From Antedon mediterranea (lineage: Eukaryota > Animalia > Echinodermata), in NCBI RefSeq assembly GCF_964355755.1, contig NC_092680.1, positions 7,006,001 to 7,070,000 of the forward strand: a stretch of DNA of 64,000 bases. Direction: 5' to 3'. Position numbers and translations under genes: made by a program. This document shows positions 13,073 through 25,927 of this stretch, piece after piece. Position 1 is the first letter of the stretch; each line of letters begins with the position of its first letter. Under the pieces are notes generated by a model, which saw nothing but the letters and a program-made list of their open reading frames with translations, made no database searches and had not been told where the DNA came from.

Positions 13073-14165
13073 ACTTTAAAACTTGTCTGTACATGAAAAC
13101 AGTTCAAAAAGTACAGAAAAGGCGATAAAACGCAAAGTGATACCGGACCGACCGACCGACCGACCGACCGACCGACAGACCGACCGACCGACCGACCGAC
13201 CGACATAGTTAAAACTTGTCTGTACATCAAAACAGTTCAAAAAGTACAGAAAAGGCAATAAAACGCAAAGTGATAACCGACCAACCGACAGACCGACAGA
13301 CAGACCGACAGACCGACCAACCGACATAGTGAACTATAGAGTCGCGTCCACGCGACTAAAACTTGTCTGTACATCAAAACCGTTAAAAAAAGCGATAAAA
13401 CGCATAGTGATACCGGACCGACAGACAGACCGACAGACCGACAAACCGACATACATACCGACATAGTAAACTATAGAGTCGCGTCCACGCGACTAAAAAG
13501 ACATAGTTTTGACGAATTTTTGAACTTTTTCATCAAAAACGTGCGCAAATTATCCAATTTGACGTGCTCGTATGACGTAATTTTAAGTCGAAATTGTTTA
13601 AAAGTTGGTAAAATTATTAGAAAAGGCTGCAAAAACATAAATCACAAAAAAGTATGTATTTAACGCTACGTGCGCACCGCGCGCGTAAAAATTTGCGCGC
13701 GTATGGGAATTTTTTACATGCTCAAAATGACAAGAAACGCGTAGAAAGTTGATTAAAAATTAATTTTGCGCATTTTAAAATTTTAAATGCGCGTGCGCGC
13801 GTAACTTCGTGTAAAACACATTTTTTTTTCAACAGAAAGTTAGCGCCTGATATAAATTAAACTTTTGCAAAGTTTCAATTTAAAATGTTATTTGGTGTTT
13901 GACCTATGTTGAATACGAGAAAATCGTTAAATCGCGCGTAAATCACGTTGCGCAACTCTAACGTCATTCACAATAGGAGGTGCACAATTTCACGTAAATG
14001 CCCACATGTTGACATCAAAACAGTTCAAAAAGTACAGAAAAACGATAAAACTCATAGTGATACCGGACCGACAGACAGACCGACAGGCCGACAGACCGAC
14101 AGACCGACAGACCGACCGACCGACCGACATAGTGAACTATAGAGTCGCGTCCACGCGACTAAAAA
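13073..14165. mobile_element. Cluster of Helentron/HINE termini (three copies of microsatellite + terminal palindrome)
   Basis: (GACC/GACA)n followed by CATAGTGAACTATAG-AGTCGCGTCCACGCGACT-AAAA at 13340, 13477 and 14143, directly downstream of the Helentron ORF. Confidence 0.8.
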
Positions 14166-15289
14166 TGCTACCCTTTAAGTAACAAAACTTAATAGCATCA
14201 GCTCTTCAGATTAAAATTAACACTGATGAATTTAGAAAAGGAAAGTAGCAATAAAAGAGAAAGAATTTGTTACAAATGGGTTAAAAAATATACTATAAAA
14301 ATGTATTTCTTATTTTATTAAAAAAATCATGAGTCTCCTCTCCTTAATTGCCTAAGTCACACAGCTGACTTAGGCAGAAACACAAAAAACGATCTGAGCA
14401 TGTGCAAATGTATATTTATTTATTTTTATTTTATGTCTTTAGGCACTGTGGCCAAGGATTACCAATAGTGAATTAATCACTGTCCTATCAGATAGGTGGT
14501 AATCCCCCTGATACAGAGGCTATTGTGTGAACCAGTTCACCGGGGTAACCCCCTACTCTTTTTCGAATAATGAACTGGGTTCTTTAAAGTACACACATGT
14601 TATAACTGTGTACACTGGACCTACGGTTTATAGTCCTTATCCGAGAAGACTTGTTCCACCACCAGAACTAGGAGCGAGTCGGCCTCGAACCCTTGCCGAT
14701 GTTGTTGTTGGCTCTTTAGGTACGATAAACGGCGCCCCTGCCTTAACCGCTCGGCCATATGACTCGCACTCAGATAATGTACAGAGGGCAGTATAATGAT
14801 ATAAGCAGTGAGTTAGGCAGATCATAAGTCAGCTCTCCTTAATTGCCTAAGTCACACGTCAGCTGACTTAGGCAGAAACACAAAAAATATATTATATTGA
14901 TATAAGCAGTGAGTTAGGCAGAAAAACAACAACAAAATTATGTCTTAGACACTTTTGTTATGAGGCTGTCGATATCATCTATATACAAAAAATGCTACCC
15001 TTTAAGTAACAAAACTTAATAGCATCAGCTCTTCAGATTAAAATTAACACTGATGAATTTAGAAAAGGAAAGTAGCAATAAAAGAGAAAGAATTAAAAAA
15101 TCATGAGTCTCCTCTTTTTAATTGCCTAAGTCACACAGCTGACTTAGGCAGAAACACAAAAAACGATCTGAGCATGTGCAAATGTATATACAAGCACTCA
15201 GACAATGTACAGAGGGCAGTATAATGATATAAGCAGTGAGTTAGGCAGATCATATGTCAGCTCTCCTTAATTGCCTAAGTCACACAGCT
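14165..15289. repeat. Complex tandem repeat A, first block, containing the palindrome GCCTAAGTCA-cacagc-TGACTTAGGC
   Basis: AAAAATGCTACCCTTTAAGTAAC recurs at 14161 and 14988; the palindrome recurs several times; the same family occurs at 23963-25570. Confidence 0.85.
14411..14766 (-). mobile_element. tRNA-derived SINE with Nin/Deu-like central domain
   Basis: Minus strand has A box TGGCCGAGCGG, B box GGTTCGAGGCC, core GTCTTCTCGGATAAGGACTATAAACCGTAGGTCC and a (TAAA)n tail. It interrupts a repeat-A monomer; a near-identical copy is at 39338-39689. Confidence 0.85.
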
Positions 15290-16199
15290 ATGGAACGCCT
15301 CCTCTGCCTTCAGTTCACATTTATCATGCAGTACACACCAATGGTCATGCAGTACACACCAATGGTCATGCAGTACACACCAATGGTCATGCAGTACACA
15401 CCAATCGTCATGCAGTACACACCAATCGTCATGCAGTACACACCAATTGTCATGCAGTACACACCAATGGTCATGCAGTACGTACCAATCGTCATGCAGT
15501 ACACACCAATCGTCATGCAGTCAAATATTGCGTAATTTATACCGCCACCTATCGACAAAATCGAATATCACGTGACTTTTATTAGACGGCTGTAAAACTA
15601 AGGCTATATACAAACTTTATACTACAGCAACTCACGCTGTCTACTACTACACCGCACGTGCTTTACGTCCTAAAGATTCCAAGATTTATTTAATAGTTTT
15701 TCCAGCCATTTTAGTCATAAAGCACGTGCGGTGTAGTAGTAGACATGCGTGAGTTGCTGTAGTATAATGTTTGAATAGCTAGTTTTACAGCCGTCTAATA
15801 AACGTCACGTGATATTCGATTTTGTCGATAGGTGGCGGTATAAATTACGCAATATTTGACTGCATGACGATTGGTGTGTACTGCATGACGATTGGTGTGT
15901 ACTGCATGACGATTGGTGTGTACTGCATGACGATTGGTGTGTACTGCATGACCATTGGTGTGTACTGCATGACGATTGCTGTGTACTGCATGACGATTGG
16001 TGTGTACTGCATGACGATTGGTGTGTACTGCATGATGTTTGGTGTGTACTGCATGACGATTGGTGTGTACTGCATGATGTTTGGTGTGTACTGCATGACG
16101 ATTGGTGTGTACTGCATGACCATTGGTGTGTACTGCATGACGATTGGTGTGTACTGCATGACAAATGTGAACTGAATGAAGGCAGAGGAGGCGTTCCAT
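15290..16199. mobile_element. Foldback-type TIR element with 21-bp tandem repeats inside its TIRs
   Basis: ATGGAACG...CGTTCCAT ends; inverted arms 15290-15664 and 15718-16199 each carry (GTCATGCAGTACACACCAATC)n; ~50-bp spacer; ACACAGCT duplicated at 15282-15289 and 16200-16207. Confidence 0.88.
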
Positions 16200-17129
16200 A
16201 CACAGCTGACTTAGGCAGAAACACAAACAATATAGTCTTAAAAACATTGACGCTGTCATTTGGCGTCCAAGTAATGATTATTGTTTAAACGTTTGTATTA
16301 TAGCATGCCTAACAATGATTCGCGCTGTTATATCCTTGGATTGAATGAATATGGTATTTGAAAATAAATAATATGTGCAGTTTAAATATGTATTTTTTTT
16401 TTTTATTTCTCTGTCTTGCATTTTGTATGATCCCGGTATTTTGAACACGCATTGTGATTGTAAGACGACGCTGTTCTCTCTTTGGTTGTAAACTGAAAAC
16501 ATTGACGCACACTGTCATTAGGCGTCGAAGTAAAGATTTTGGGTTTATTTTCTAAAGAATTATCGAACGAATGCTAGATGACCATGTTGAATTATTTTAC
16601 AATAAGACACGCACTGTCCTTGGTGCGGTGGTCTTGAAGAATAGGTTTGTCATAAAAAGTTTACGGTCATTTCATACATCGAACGAATGCAATTGTCTTA
16701 AACGGCAAGGTAGGTATTATACCGCGCCTATATGCGCGCCTTTGCCAGCTGTATTGGTATTGAAGATGTTTGACATCGTCAACGTTTGCCATCGTATGGA
16801 CCTTGGTATCAAGTCTAAATCAATACGAATGCTATTGTGTTAAACGGCAAGTTAGATATTATACCGCGCCTACATGCGCGCCTTTGCCACTCGGTATTGA
16901 AGAAACATTCCAAAAGTATGCTTAGAAATTGTAATACCAATATAGTAAGAAGTATCATCTAGAAGATTACGAACATATCGTATACAAGAAGAGGGAACGG
17001 GTAGTGTTCTCTCTCGGTTTAGGTGAACTGAATGCTTAAAAACATTGACGCGCGCTGCCATTAGGCGTCGAAGTAATGATATGGTTTAAACGTTTTGTAT
17101 TATAGCATGCCTAACAATGCTGGATTCAA

Positions 17130-18110
17130 CGATTTGTACAGGGATTTTGTCGAAAAACGGATAATAATTGAATTTTAAAAACTTGATATTTTGGCCATTT
17201 AAAAAAAATCCCTGTACGCCTACAGGGATTTTGTCGAAAAATAGCAATTTTTCGACCTTTTTATTTTTTGACATAATTGTGTTCTATGGTACTATAAGAT
17301 GATCAAAAGGCAATTATGATCATATACAGCAATATAAAAGCACAATAATTGAATTTTAAAAACTTTAAATTTTTGCCATATTTTGAAAAAATCCCTGTAG
17401 GCTTTGTCGAAAAATTGCCAATTTTCGACCTTTTTTGGGTTCTATGGTACTATAAGATGATCAGAAAGCAATATATGATCATATACAGCAATAAAAACGC
17501 ATAATACTAGAATTTTAAAAACTTGAAATTTTTGCCATTTTTCTAAAAAATCCCTGTACTTATAGTACAGGGAGTTTTTCGAAAAATGGCCAATTTTCGA
17601 CCTTTTATTTTTTTGGCAAAACTGGGTTCTATGGAACTATAAGATGATCATAAAGCAATATATTATCATATACAGCAATAAAAACGCATAATAATTGAAT
17701 TTTAAAAACTTGACATTTTGGCCATATTTTTTTTTTTAATCCCTGTACTATAGGCCTAGGTAGTACAGATATTTTTTCGAAAAATTGCCAATTTTCGACA
17801 TTTTTATTTTTCGACATAACTGGGTTCTATGGTACTATAAGATGATCATAAAGCAATATATGATCATATACAGCAATAAAAACGTACAATAATTGAATTT
17901 TAAAAACTTGAAATTTTGGCCATTTTTTCGAAAAATTGCCAATTTTCGACCTTTTATTTTTCGGCATAACTGGGTTCTATGCTACTATAAGATGATCATA
18001 AAGCAATATATGACATATACAGCAATAAAAACGCATAATACTAGAATTTTAAAAACTTGAAATTTTTGCCATTTAAAAAAAAATCCCTGTACTATATAGT
18101 ACTGGGAGTT
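17130..18110. repeat. Tandem repeat C (~150-200-bp variable units)
   Basis: TTCTATGGTACTATAAGATGATC recurs near 17282, 17441, 17627, 17826 and 17975; the paralogous block is 29535-30975. Confidence 0.85.
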
Positions 18111-18116
18111 TTTCGA

Positions 18117-18450
18117 TGTACGCACGTAATTGTATTGCCATATGATGATTTATGCCCTGAAATTTATGAGTACCAAATTTTATTTAATTGTGATTCATGG
18201 TTGTGAAGATATGATTACAAACGTGATTTCGTTAAATCGTGCGTAGACCGCGTAATTTTTTATTGCGCACCGTGAAAACATAACCACATCGATTCCTGGC
18301 CATAAGGAATATACTGTGAAAAATTGACTTAGCTAGATTAAACTGATATCAAGATAAGGTCAGAAAGCGATAAATCGCATAGTGATACCGGACCGACAGA
18401 CAGACCGACAGACAGACCGACAGACAGACAGACCGACAGACCGACAGACC

Positions 18451-18481
<31 letters not shown>

Positions 18482-18530
18482 CGACCGACCGACATAGTGA
18501 ACTATAGAGTCGCGTCCACGCGACTAAAAA
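18117..18530. mobile_element. Partial HINE (family 1)
   Basis: Shares its body with 22335-23146, plus (GACA)n and the terminal palindrome at 18508-18525. Confidence 0.8.
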
Positions 18531-21500
18531 TGGTTGTGTCATCAGCATAAAGATAAAAAGAAAGGATGTCAGATGCATTTGGCAAATCATTGATATACAA
18601 TAAAAAAAAAAGAAGAGGGCCTAATAGAGACCCTTGTGGAACACCACAAACAATAGGTTTAAAATAGGAAGAAACATTGTTGATATAGGTGCATTGAAGT
18701 CGATTGGACAGATAATCTTTAAAAAGGTCAAGAGTAATGCCACGGATACCATAGTTAAAGAGTTAACTGGGTAAAAGTATTATACAATAACGTTGAATGT
18801 GTCACAGTTAACAATGGTTGGGTTTCAAACAATTTTAAAATGGAAAGAGGTATTAGACAAGGTTGTCCTCTATCTGCTCTGTTATTCATTTTAGTGGTTG
18901 AAGTAATGGCATCTAGAATAAGAAACAAAGATGACTATAAGGGTATTAAACTTCCAAATAATGAAAATAACATAGAAGCTAGAATAAGCCAATTAGCAGA
19001 TGATACTGTTTTGTATGTTGGTAATGACAAAAGTATTAAGTCAGCAGTCAGTGTAATTGAACGTTTTTGTGAAGTATCTGGAATGACACTAAATAAAAAA
19101 AAAACAATGCTTTTTGGATTGGTAAATGGAAGAACAGAATAGATAGACCTTTAGAATTAAATTGGGTAAAACACCCGATCAAAATTTTAGGCATATATGT
19201 AGGGTATAATACAGAAGAATGTACCAGAAAAAACTGGGATGTTAAATTAATAGAGCTAGAAAAGACTTTAAAACAATGGAATGCTAGAAATCTCTCAATT
19301 TTTGGTAGAGTAATAATCCTGAAAAGTCTTGCACTATCTAAATTAACATATGCTGCAAATATCACTGATGTTCCAAAATATGTATATACACAAGTTACAA
19401 ATCTAATATATAATTTTATTTGGAACAATAAAAGGGAAAAGATAAAAAGAAAAACTCTAATTGGTGAAGTTGAGATGGGAGGCATTAAAATGCCTGATTT
19501 TACTCTTCATGTTAACGCACTCATGTGTGGCTGGTTAAAAAGAATTATGAATGATGGGATGGTGCTAAATGGAAAAATATTCCAATGTATTATATAAAAA
19601 AAATATGTGATGTTAATGTTTTACTTAATATGTCATGTTATAACATTATTGATGTTAATTCTGATAAAATTCCACTGTTTTACAAAAATATGATAAAAGC
19701 CAACATAAATTATAACAGAATCTCAAAAAAAAAACCTGAAACTTATAACGATATAATGAATGAGCAACTGTGGGGAAACCACTACGTTAAACTTTAAAAA
19801 AAATCGCTTTTCTACAAGCATTGGATTGACAGTGGCATTATCAGTATTAAAGACATTGTTAATAAGAACGCTTTTTTAACATCAAACGAAATACTGGTGA
19901 AACTAAAATGTAAAACAAACTGGTTAAATGAGTATTTGTGCATTATTAAAGCAATACCAATTCAATGGAAACGTATTATTAAGGAGGTAGATATTTTCAA
20001 TTGTGATGATAATGATGAATTAGTTGGGACCAAGTATGAGATTAATACTACCAAACTAATATACTCATGGTTTGTGAAAGAATATTTCATTATTCCAATG
20101 TCACAACTAAAATGGAAAGAGTACTTCAATGATAACAACATTGATTGGAAAACTTCTTGGTTACGGAAAGTATGTAAAATGAAGGATAAGAAACTAGCAC
20201 AATTCAATTATAAGATGTTACATAGAATACTGCCTACCAACAAACGGCTGTATCAGTGGAAAGTTAATGAAACACAAACGTGTGACAAATGTGGAGAAAT
20301 TGAAAATGAAAATCATTTGTTTTTTAGTTGTAGATTTATTCAGAAATATAGGAGGAAAATGCTTAGTATCTTTGTAAGTTGAAATCACAATAATATATCA
20401 TTTAAACAATTAATACTAGGAACGGAAGATAAGCTAATAGATTATATTTACACTTTTGCAGCATTTACTATTTATAGAATAAAAATGTTATCTGCACTAA
20501 ATAAGCCAGTGGGTAAATCTTTATGGAATTCATTTAAAAGCAATATGTTATATAACATTGAATGTGAAACATATAACAATAAAGAATACAAGTATAGAAA
20601 AATGGGTAGCTTTAAGAAATACGATTATGATAATATAATTTCTAATTTGATACGATTAACAGAAAAAGAATTACAGTGATACGGGTTACTTGTGGTACTG
20701 AGCTATTATTGTTTTTTTTATCATGTATATAAATATATTGTATAATCCGGGTTGTAAAATAAAAACAAACAAATGAAAATGTGTGAACTATTTTAAAACG
20801 GGATAGATGATAATGATGATCCTGTCAAGTGTATAACAAAATATAAGAAAATTAATGAAAAAAGGAGAAATACAGAATTCATATATGTAAAAATGTTACT
20901 TATGAACTGTAACGACATTTACAAGTTAAATAATACTGTACTGTACTGATTTTATGTAATATGAGATAATATGAATGTGAATAAAAGTGGTGTTTGCGCC
21001 ACAAAAGAGAAAAAAAAAGTTAAAGAGTTTTGAAAGTAAAATAGTGTGATCAATGGTATCGAATGTCTTAGACAGATCTATGAATAGGCCAGACGAAAAC
21101 AATTTATTATGAATAGCATCCACAATGTTGTTGGTAAGATCAATTAAAGCAAAAGAAGTGGAATAGTTTTGTCTGAAACCGTATTGTTTATTGTAGAGAA
21201 TGTTGTGTCGGTTAATGAAATCATACGTACGGTCATAGATAAGTTTTTCAAGAATTTTTGAAAAGAAAGTAAGAACAGAAATTGGTCGATAATTGTTGGG
21301 ATCAGATTTGTTACCTTTTTTTGTATATAGGAGTGACCTTTGCTGTTTTCATGCTTTTAGGGAAAGATCCTGTGGATAAAGATAAGTTGCAAATATGAGT
21401 AAGTGGAGAAAGAATAAGGTCTATTAATTTTTTAACAACATTTCCACATATATCGTCAATTCCAGCAGCCTTGTTGTTTTTGAAAGAGTTGACAATTTTA

Positions 21501-22208
21501 AGAACCTCATGTTCCGAAACTGGAGATAAAAAAAGGGAATTTGGAGTAGAAGGACTAATATAAGATAGTGACGGAAACTATTGACAGAACTAGTGTCGAT
21601 TTCTTTTGCTAATTCAGGCCCTATATTGGTAAAATGTTTATTTAATAAGTTGGACACCATTTTCGGGTCTTTTGTTAGATTTCCATTACTCATTATCTCA
21701 ATGTTAGAAATTGTGTTGTTTGATGGTTTAAGTATAGAGTTTATAGTACGCCAAGTAGCTTTGATATTGGATTTGTTTTCATTAAAGGGTGCCATGGAAG
21801 GGTGCCGAATGCTCTTGAGATAAAGTTTTTGTTTGTATGAGATGGAGGTTAAAAGCCCGTTTGTCATCCAAGGTTTTAATTTCTTTTTAGTTTTAGGTGG
21901 ATCTAACAAAGGGAAGTTCCTATCATATAGGGCTTTGTACTTTACGAAAAAAATATCATACGCTTCGTCAGGGTCTAATTTATCTAAGACATCATTCCAC
22001 GATGTTATTGACAGATCATTTCGAAAATGATGAATATTGTTTTCATTAAATTTTCTAAATTTATGCTTCACTTTGTCTGTAGACTTACTTGAATTAGTAA
22101 TGTTCACAGTGAAAACGGGAAGTTGATCAGTTGCATCACTAATGACAATGCCGCTCATTGAAGAGTCTAGACTGTTTGAGAAAATGTTATCAAGAAGTGT
22201 GGCAGATA
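18531..22208 (-). mobile_element. Decayed CR1-group LINE ORF2 fragment (end of EN to RT), interrupted by Tx1
   Basis: Minus-strand motifs ATLLDNIF, ISD, KPWMTNGL, GLFIDLSKTFDTIDH, GVPQGSLLGP and YADDTT, which is cut by the HINE at 18530. Confidence 0.85.
18765..21017 (+). mobile_element. 5'-truncated Tx1/L1-clade LINE with 12-bp TSD
   Basis: RGIRQGCPLSALLF, ISQLADDT, C-terminal CDKCGEIENENHLFFSC, AATAAA and an A-tail. TSD AGTTAAAGAGTT at 18753-18764 and 21018-21029; empty site at ~32722. Confidence 0.92.
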
Positions 22209-23680
22209 ACATGGTAGCGCACAGTATTAAACTAAATCCTATTTATTATCACTGTGCGCGAGTGCAACCAAAATGGGTATGGTAGCGCACAGTGCTAAAC
22301 TAAATTCTATCTATTATCACTGTGCGCGAGTACAAAACAAGGCCAACAGCCATTAAGTCGCGTGCTACAATGCATAGTGATACCGGACCGACAGACAAAC
22401 AGACCGACAGACAGACAGACCGACAGACAGACGGACCGACCGACATAGTGAACTATACTGACCGAAATTACTGAACATGTTTAAAAATGTTGAAATGTTT
22501 AAAAACATTTATATTTTTTTAATTTACACGTGCGTAGCCTGTCACTTTTGACGTGCTCGTATAACGTAATTTCGAGTTGAAAAGTAAGTAAAGAAAACAG
22601 AAATCGGGCAAAAAGAGTGCGCAATAACATTTAACGCGCAGTGCGCGCGCAAAAATCTGCGCACTCATGGCAATTTTGTAAACGCTTAAAATTGCCTGAA
22701 ACGTACTCTTATTTCATCGAAAATAAATTTTGAAAATTTTAGGCACGCGTACGCATGCGTTACATGCGCTACGCACGTAATTGTATTGCCATATGATGAT
22801 TTATGCCCTGAAATTTATGAGTACCAAATTTTATTTAATTGTGATTCATGGTTGTTAAGATATGATTACAAACGTGATTTCGTTAAATCGTGCGTAGACC
22901 GCGTAATTTTTTATTGCGCACCGTGAAATCATAACCACATCGATTCCTGGCCATAAGGAATATTCTGTGAAAAATTGATTTAGCTAGATTAAACTGATAT
23001 CAAGATAAGGTCATAAAGCGATAAAACGCATAGTGATACCGGACCGACAGACAGACAGACAGACCGACAGACCGACAGACAGACAGACAGACCGACCGAC
23101 CGACCGACATAGTGAACTATAGAGTCGCTTCCACGCGACTAAAAAACGGGAATGGTAGCGCACAGTGCTAAACTAAATCCTATTTATTATCACTGTGCGC
23201 GAATACAACCCCAATGGGTATGGTAGCGCACGTGTTAAACTAAATCCTATTTATTATCACTGTGCGCGACTACAACAAAAATGGGTAGGGTAGCGCACAG
23301 TGCTAAACTAAATCCTATTTATTATCGCTGTGCGCGTGAGCAACTAAAATGGGTATAGAAAGCAAACGTTGCCAAAAAACCTATTTATTATCACTGTGCG
23401 TGAGTGCAACCAAGATGAGTATGATAGGGCACAGTGCTAAACTAAATCATATTTATTATCACTGTGTGCGAGTGCAACCAAAATGAGTATAGTAGCGCAC
23501 AGTGCTAAGCTAAATCCTACTTATTATCACTCTGCGCGAGTGCATCCAAAATGGGTATGGTAGCGCACAGTGCTAATATCGTATTTATTATCACTGTGCG
23601 CGAGAGCAACCAACATGGGTATGGTAGCGCACAGTGCTAAACTAATTCCTATTTATTATCACTGTGCGTTAGTGCAATCA
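22208..23680 (+). repeat. Second block of the 68-bp satellite, interrupted by a HINE
   Basis: Same monomer as 5280-8826 at 22208-22334 and 23147-23680. Confidence 0.93.
22335..23146 (-). mobile_element. Complete HINE (family 1) inserted in an A-run of a satellite monomer
   Basis: Ends AACAAGGCC...AGTCGCGTG and AGTCGCTTCCACGCGACTAAAA; two microsatellite tracts. The flanks rejoin to a monomer matching variant GAGTACAACAAAAACGGGAATGG (8671-8693); no TSD. Confidence 0.87.
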
Positions 23681-23746
23681 AGAAGTTCACGTTCTTCAAT
23701 TCCCTATTAAAAGTACTGCAAATGAAATCAAAATTAGTGTGTGAAT

Positions 23747-23963
23747 AAACAAGGCCAACAGCCATAAGTCGCGTGCTCTCAGAAAAAAAATGAACTTTCA
23801 AAAAGTAATGTACTTTAAAACTTTTCTGTACATCAAAACAGTTCAAAAAGTACAGAAAAGCGATAAAACGCATAGTGATACCGGACCGAAAGACAGACTG
23901 ACAGACCGACAGACGGACCGACCGACATAGTGAACTATAGAGTCGCGTCCACGCGACTAAAAA
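23747..23963 (-). mobile_element. Short HINE (family 1)
   Basis: Both termini present (AACAAGGCCAACAGCCATAAGTCGCGTG; palindrome at 23941-23958). Confidence 0.8.
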
Positions 23964-25570
23964 TATACTATAAAAATGTATTTCTTATTTTATTAAAAAA
24001 ATCATGAGTCTCCTCTCCTTAATTGCAAACACAAAAAACGATCTGAGCATGTGCAAATGTATATAAAAGCGCTCAGAGATAATGTACAGAGGGCAGTATA
24101 ATGATATAAGCAGTGAGTTAGGCAGATCATAAGTCAGCTCTCCTTAATTGCCTAAGTCACACAGCTGACTTAGGCAGAAACACAAAAAATAAAGTATATT
24201 GATATAAGCAGTGAGTTAGGCAGAAAAACAAAACAAAAATTATGACTTATACACTTTTGTTATGAGGCTGTCGATATCATCTATATACAAAAAATGCTAC
24301 CTTTAAGTAACAAAATTTAATAGAATCAGCTCTTCAGATTAAAATTTACACTGATGATTTTAGAAAAGGAAAGTAGCAATAAAAGAGAAAGAATTTGTAA
24401 CAAATGGGTTAAAAAATATACTATAAAAATGTATTTCTTATTTTATTTAAAAAATCATGAGTCTCCTCTCCTTAATTGCCCGGAGCCACACAGTTGACTT
24501 AGGCAGAAACACAAAAAAACGATCTGAGCATGTGCAAATGTATATAAAAGCACTCAGATAATGTAGAGAGGGCAGTATAAATTTATAAGCAATGAGTTAG
24601 GCAGATCATAAGTCAGCTCTCCTTAATTGCCTAAGTCACACAGCTGACTTAGGCAGAAACACAACAAATATAGTATATTTATATAAGCAGTGAGTTAGGC
24701 AGAGCATAAGTCAGCTCTCTTTAATTGCCTAAGTCAAACAGCTGACTTGGGCAGAAACACAACAAATATATTATATTGATATAAGCAGTGAGTTAGGCAG
24801 AAAAACAACAAAAAAATATGTCTTAGACACTTTTGTTATGAGGCTGTCGATATCATCTACATACAAAAAATGCTACCTTTTAAGTAACAAAACTTAATAG
24901 CATCAGCTCTTCAGATTAAAATTAACACTGATGCTTTTAGAAAAGGAAAGTAGCAATAAAAGAGAAAGAATTTGTAACAAATGAGTTAAAAAATATACTA
25001 TAAAAATTTATTTCTTATTTTATTTAAAAAATCATGAGTCTCCTCTCCTTAATTGCCTAAGTCACACAGCTGACTTAGGCAGAAACACAAAGCATGTATT
25101 ATATTGATATAAGCAGTGAGTTAGGCAGAAAAATAACAAAAAAAAATTATGTCTTAGACACTTTTGTTATGAGGCTGTCGATATTATCTATATACAAAAA
25201 ATGCTACCCTTTAAGTAACAAAACTTAATAGCATCAGCTCTTCAGATTAAAATTAACACTGATGAATTTAGAAAAGGAGAGTAGCAATAAAAGAGAAGAA
25301 TTTGTAACAAATGGGTTAAAAAATATACTATAAAAATGTATTTCTTATTTTATTACAAAAATCATGAGTTTCCTCTCCTTAATTGCCTAAGTCACACAGC
25401 TGACTTGGGCAGAAACACAAAAAACGATCTGAGCATGTGCAAATGTATATAAAAGCACTCAGATAATGTACAGAGGGCAGTATATTGATATAAGCAGTGA
25501 GTTAGGCAGATCATAAGTCAGCTCTCCTTAATTGCCTAAGTCACACAGCTGACTTAGGCAGAAACACACA
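23963..25570. repeat. Tandem repeat A, second block
   Basis: AAAAATGCTACC at 24291, 24866 and 25197; repeated GCCTAAGTCACACAGCTGACTTAGGC. Confidence 0.87.
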
Positions 25571-25927
25571 AAATATAGTCTTAAAAACATTGACGCTGTC
25601 ATTTGGCGTCCAAGTAATGATTATTGTTTAAACGTTTGTATTATAGCATGTCTAACAATGATTCGCGCTGTTATATCCTTGGATTGAATGAATATGGTAT
25701 TTGAAAATAAATAATATGTGCAGTTTAAATATGTATTTTTTTTATTTCTCTGTCTTGCATTTTGTATGATCCCGGTATTTTGAACACGCATTGTGATTGT
25801 AAGACGACGCTGTTTTCTCTTTGGCTGTAAACTGAAAACATTGACGCACACTGTCATTAGGCGTCGAAGTAAAGATTTTGGGTTTATTTTCTAAAGAATT
25901 ATTGAACGAATGCTAGATGACCATGTT

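Noticed and set aside
13076-13464. SVGRSVGLSV-type ORFs (also at 18360, 30972, 31693, 32112)
   Set aside because: Translations of HINE (GACA/GACC)n microsatellites.
14219-14245. CTGATGA...GAAA in repeat A as a hammerhead
   Set aside because: Only 5 nt (ATTTA) lie between the core boxes, so stem II cannot form, and stems I and III are absent.
15254-16259. Repetitive ORFs (MQYTPIV)n, (HAVHTNR)n, (SCSTHQS)n
   Set aside because: These arise from a 21-bp stop-free repeat that is open in several frames on both strands inside TIRs.
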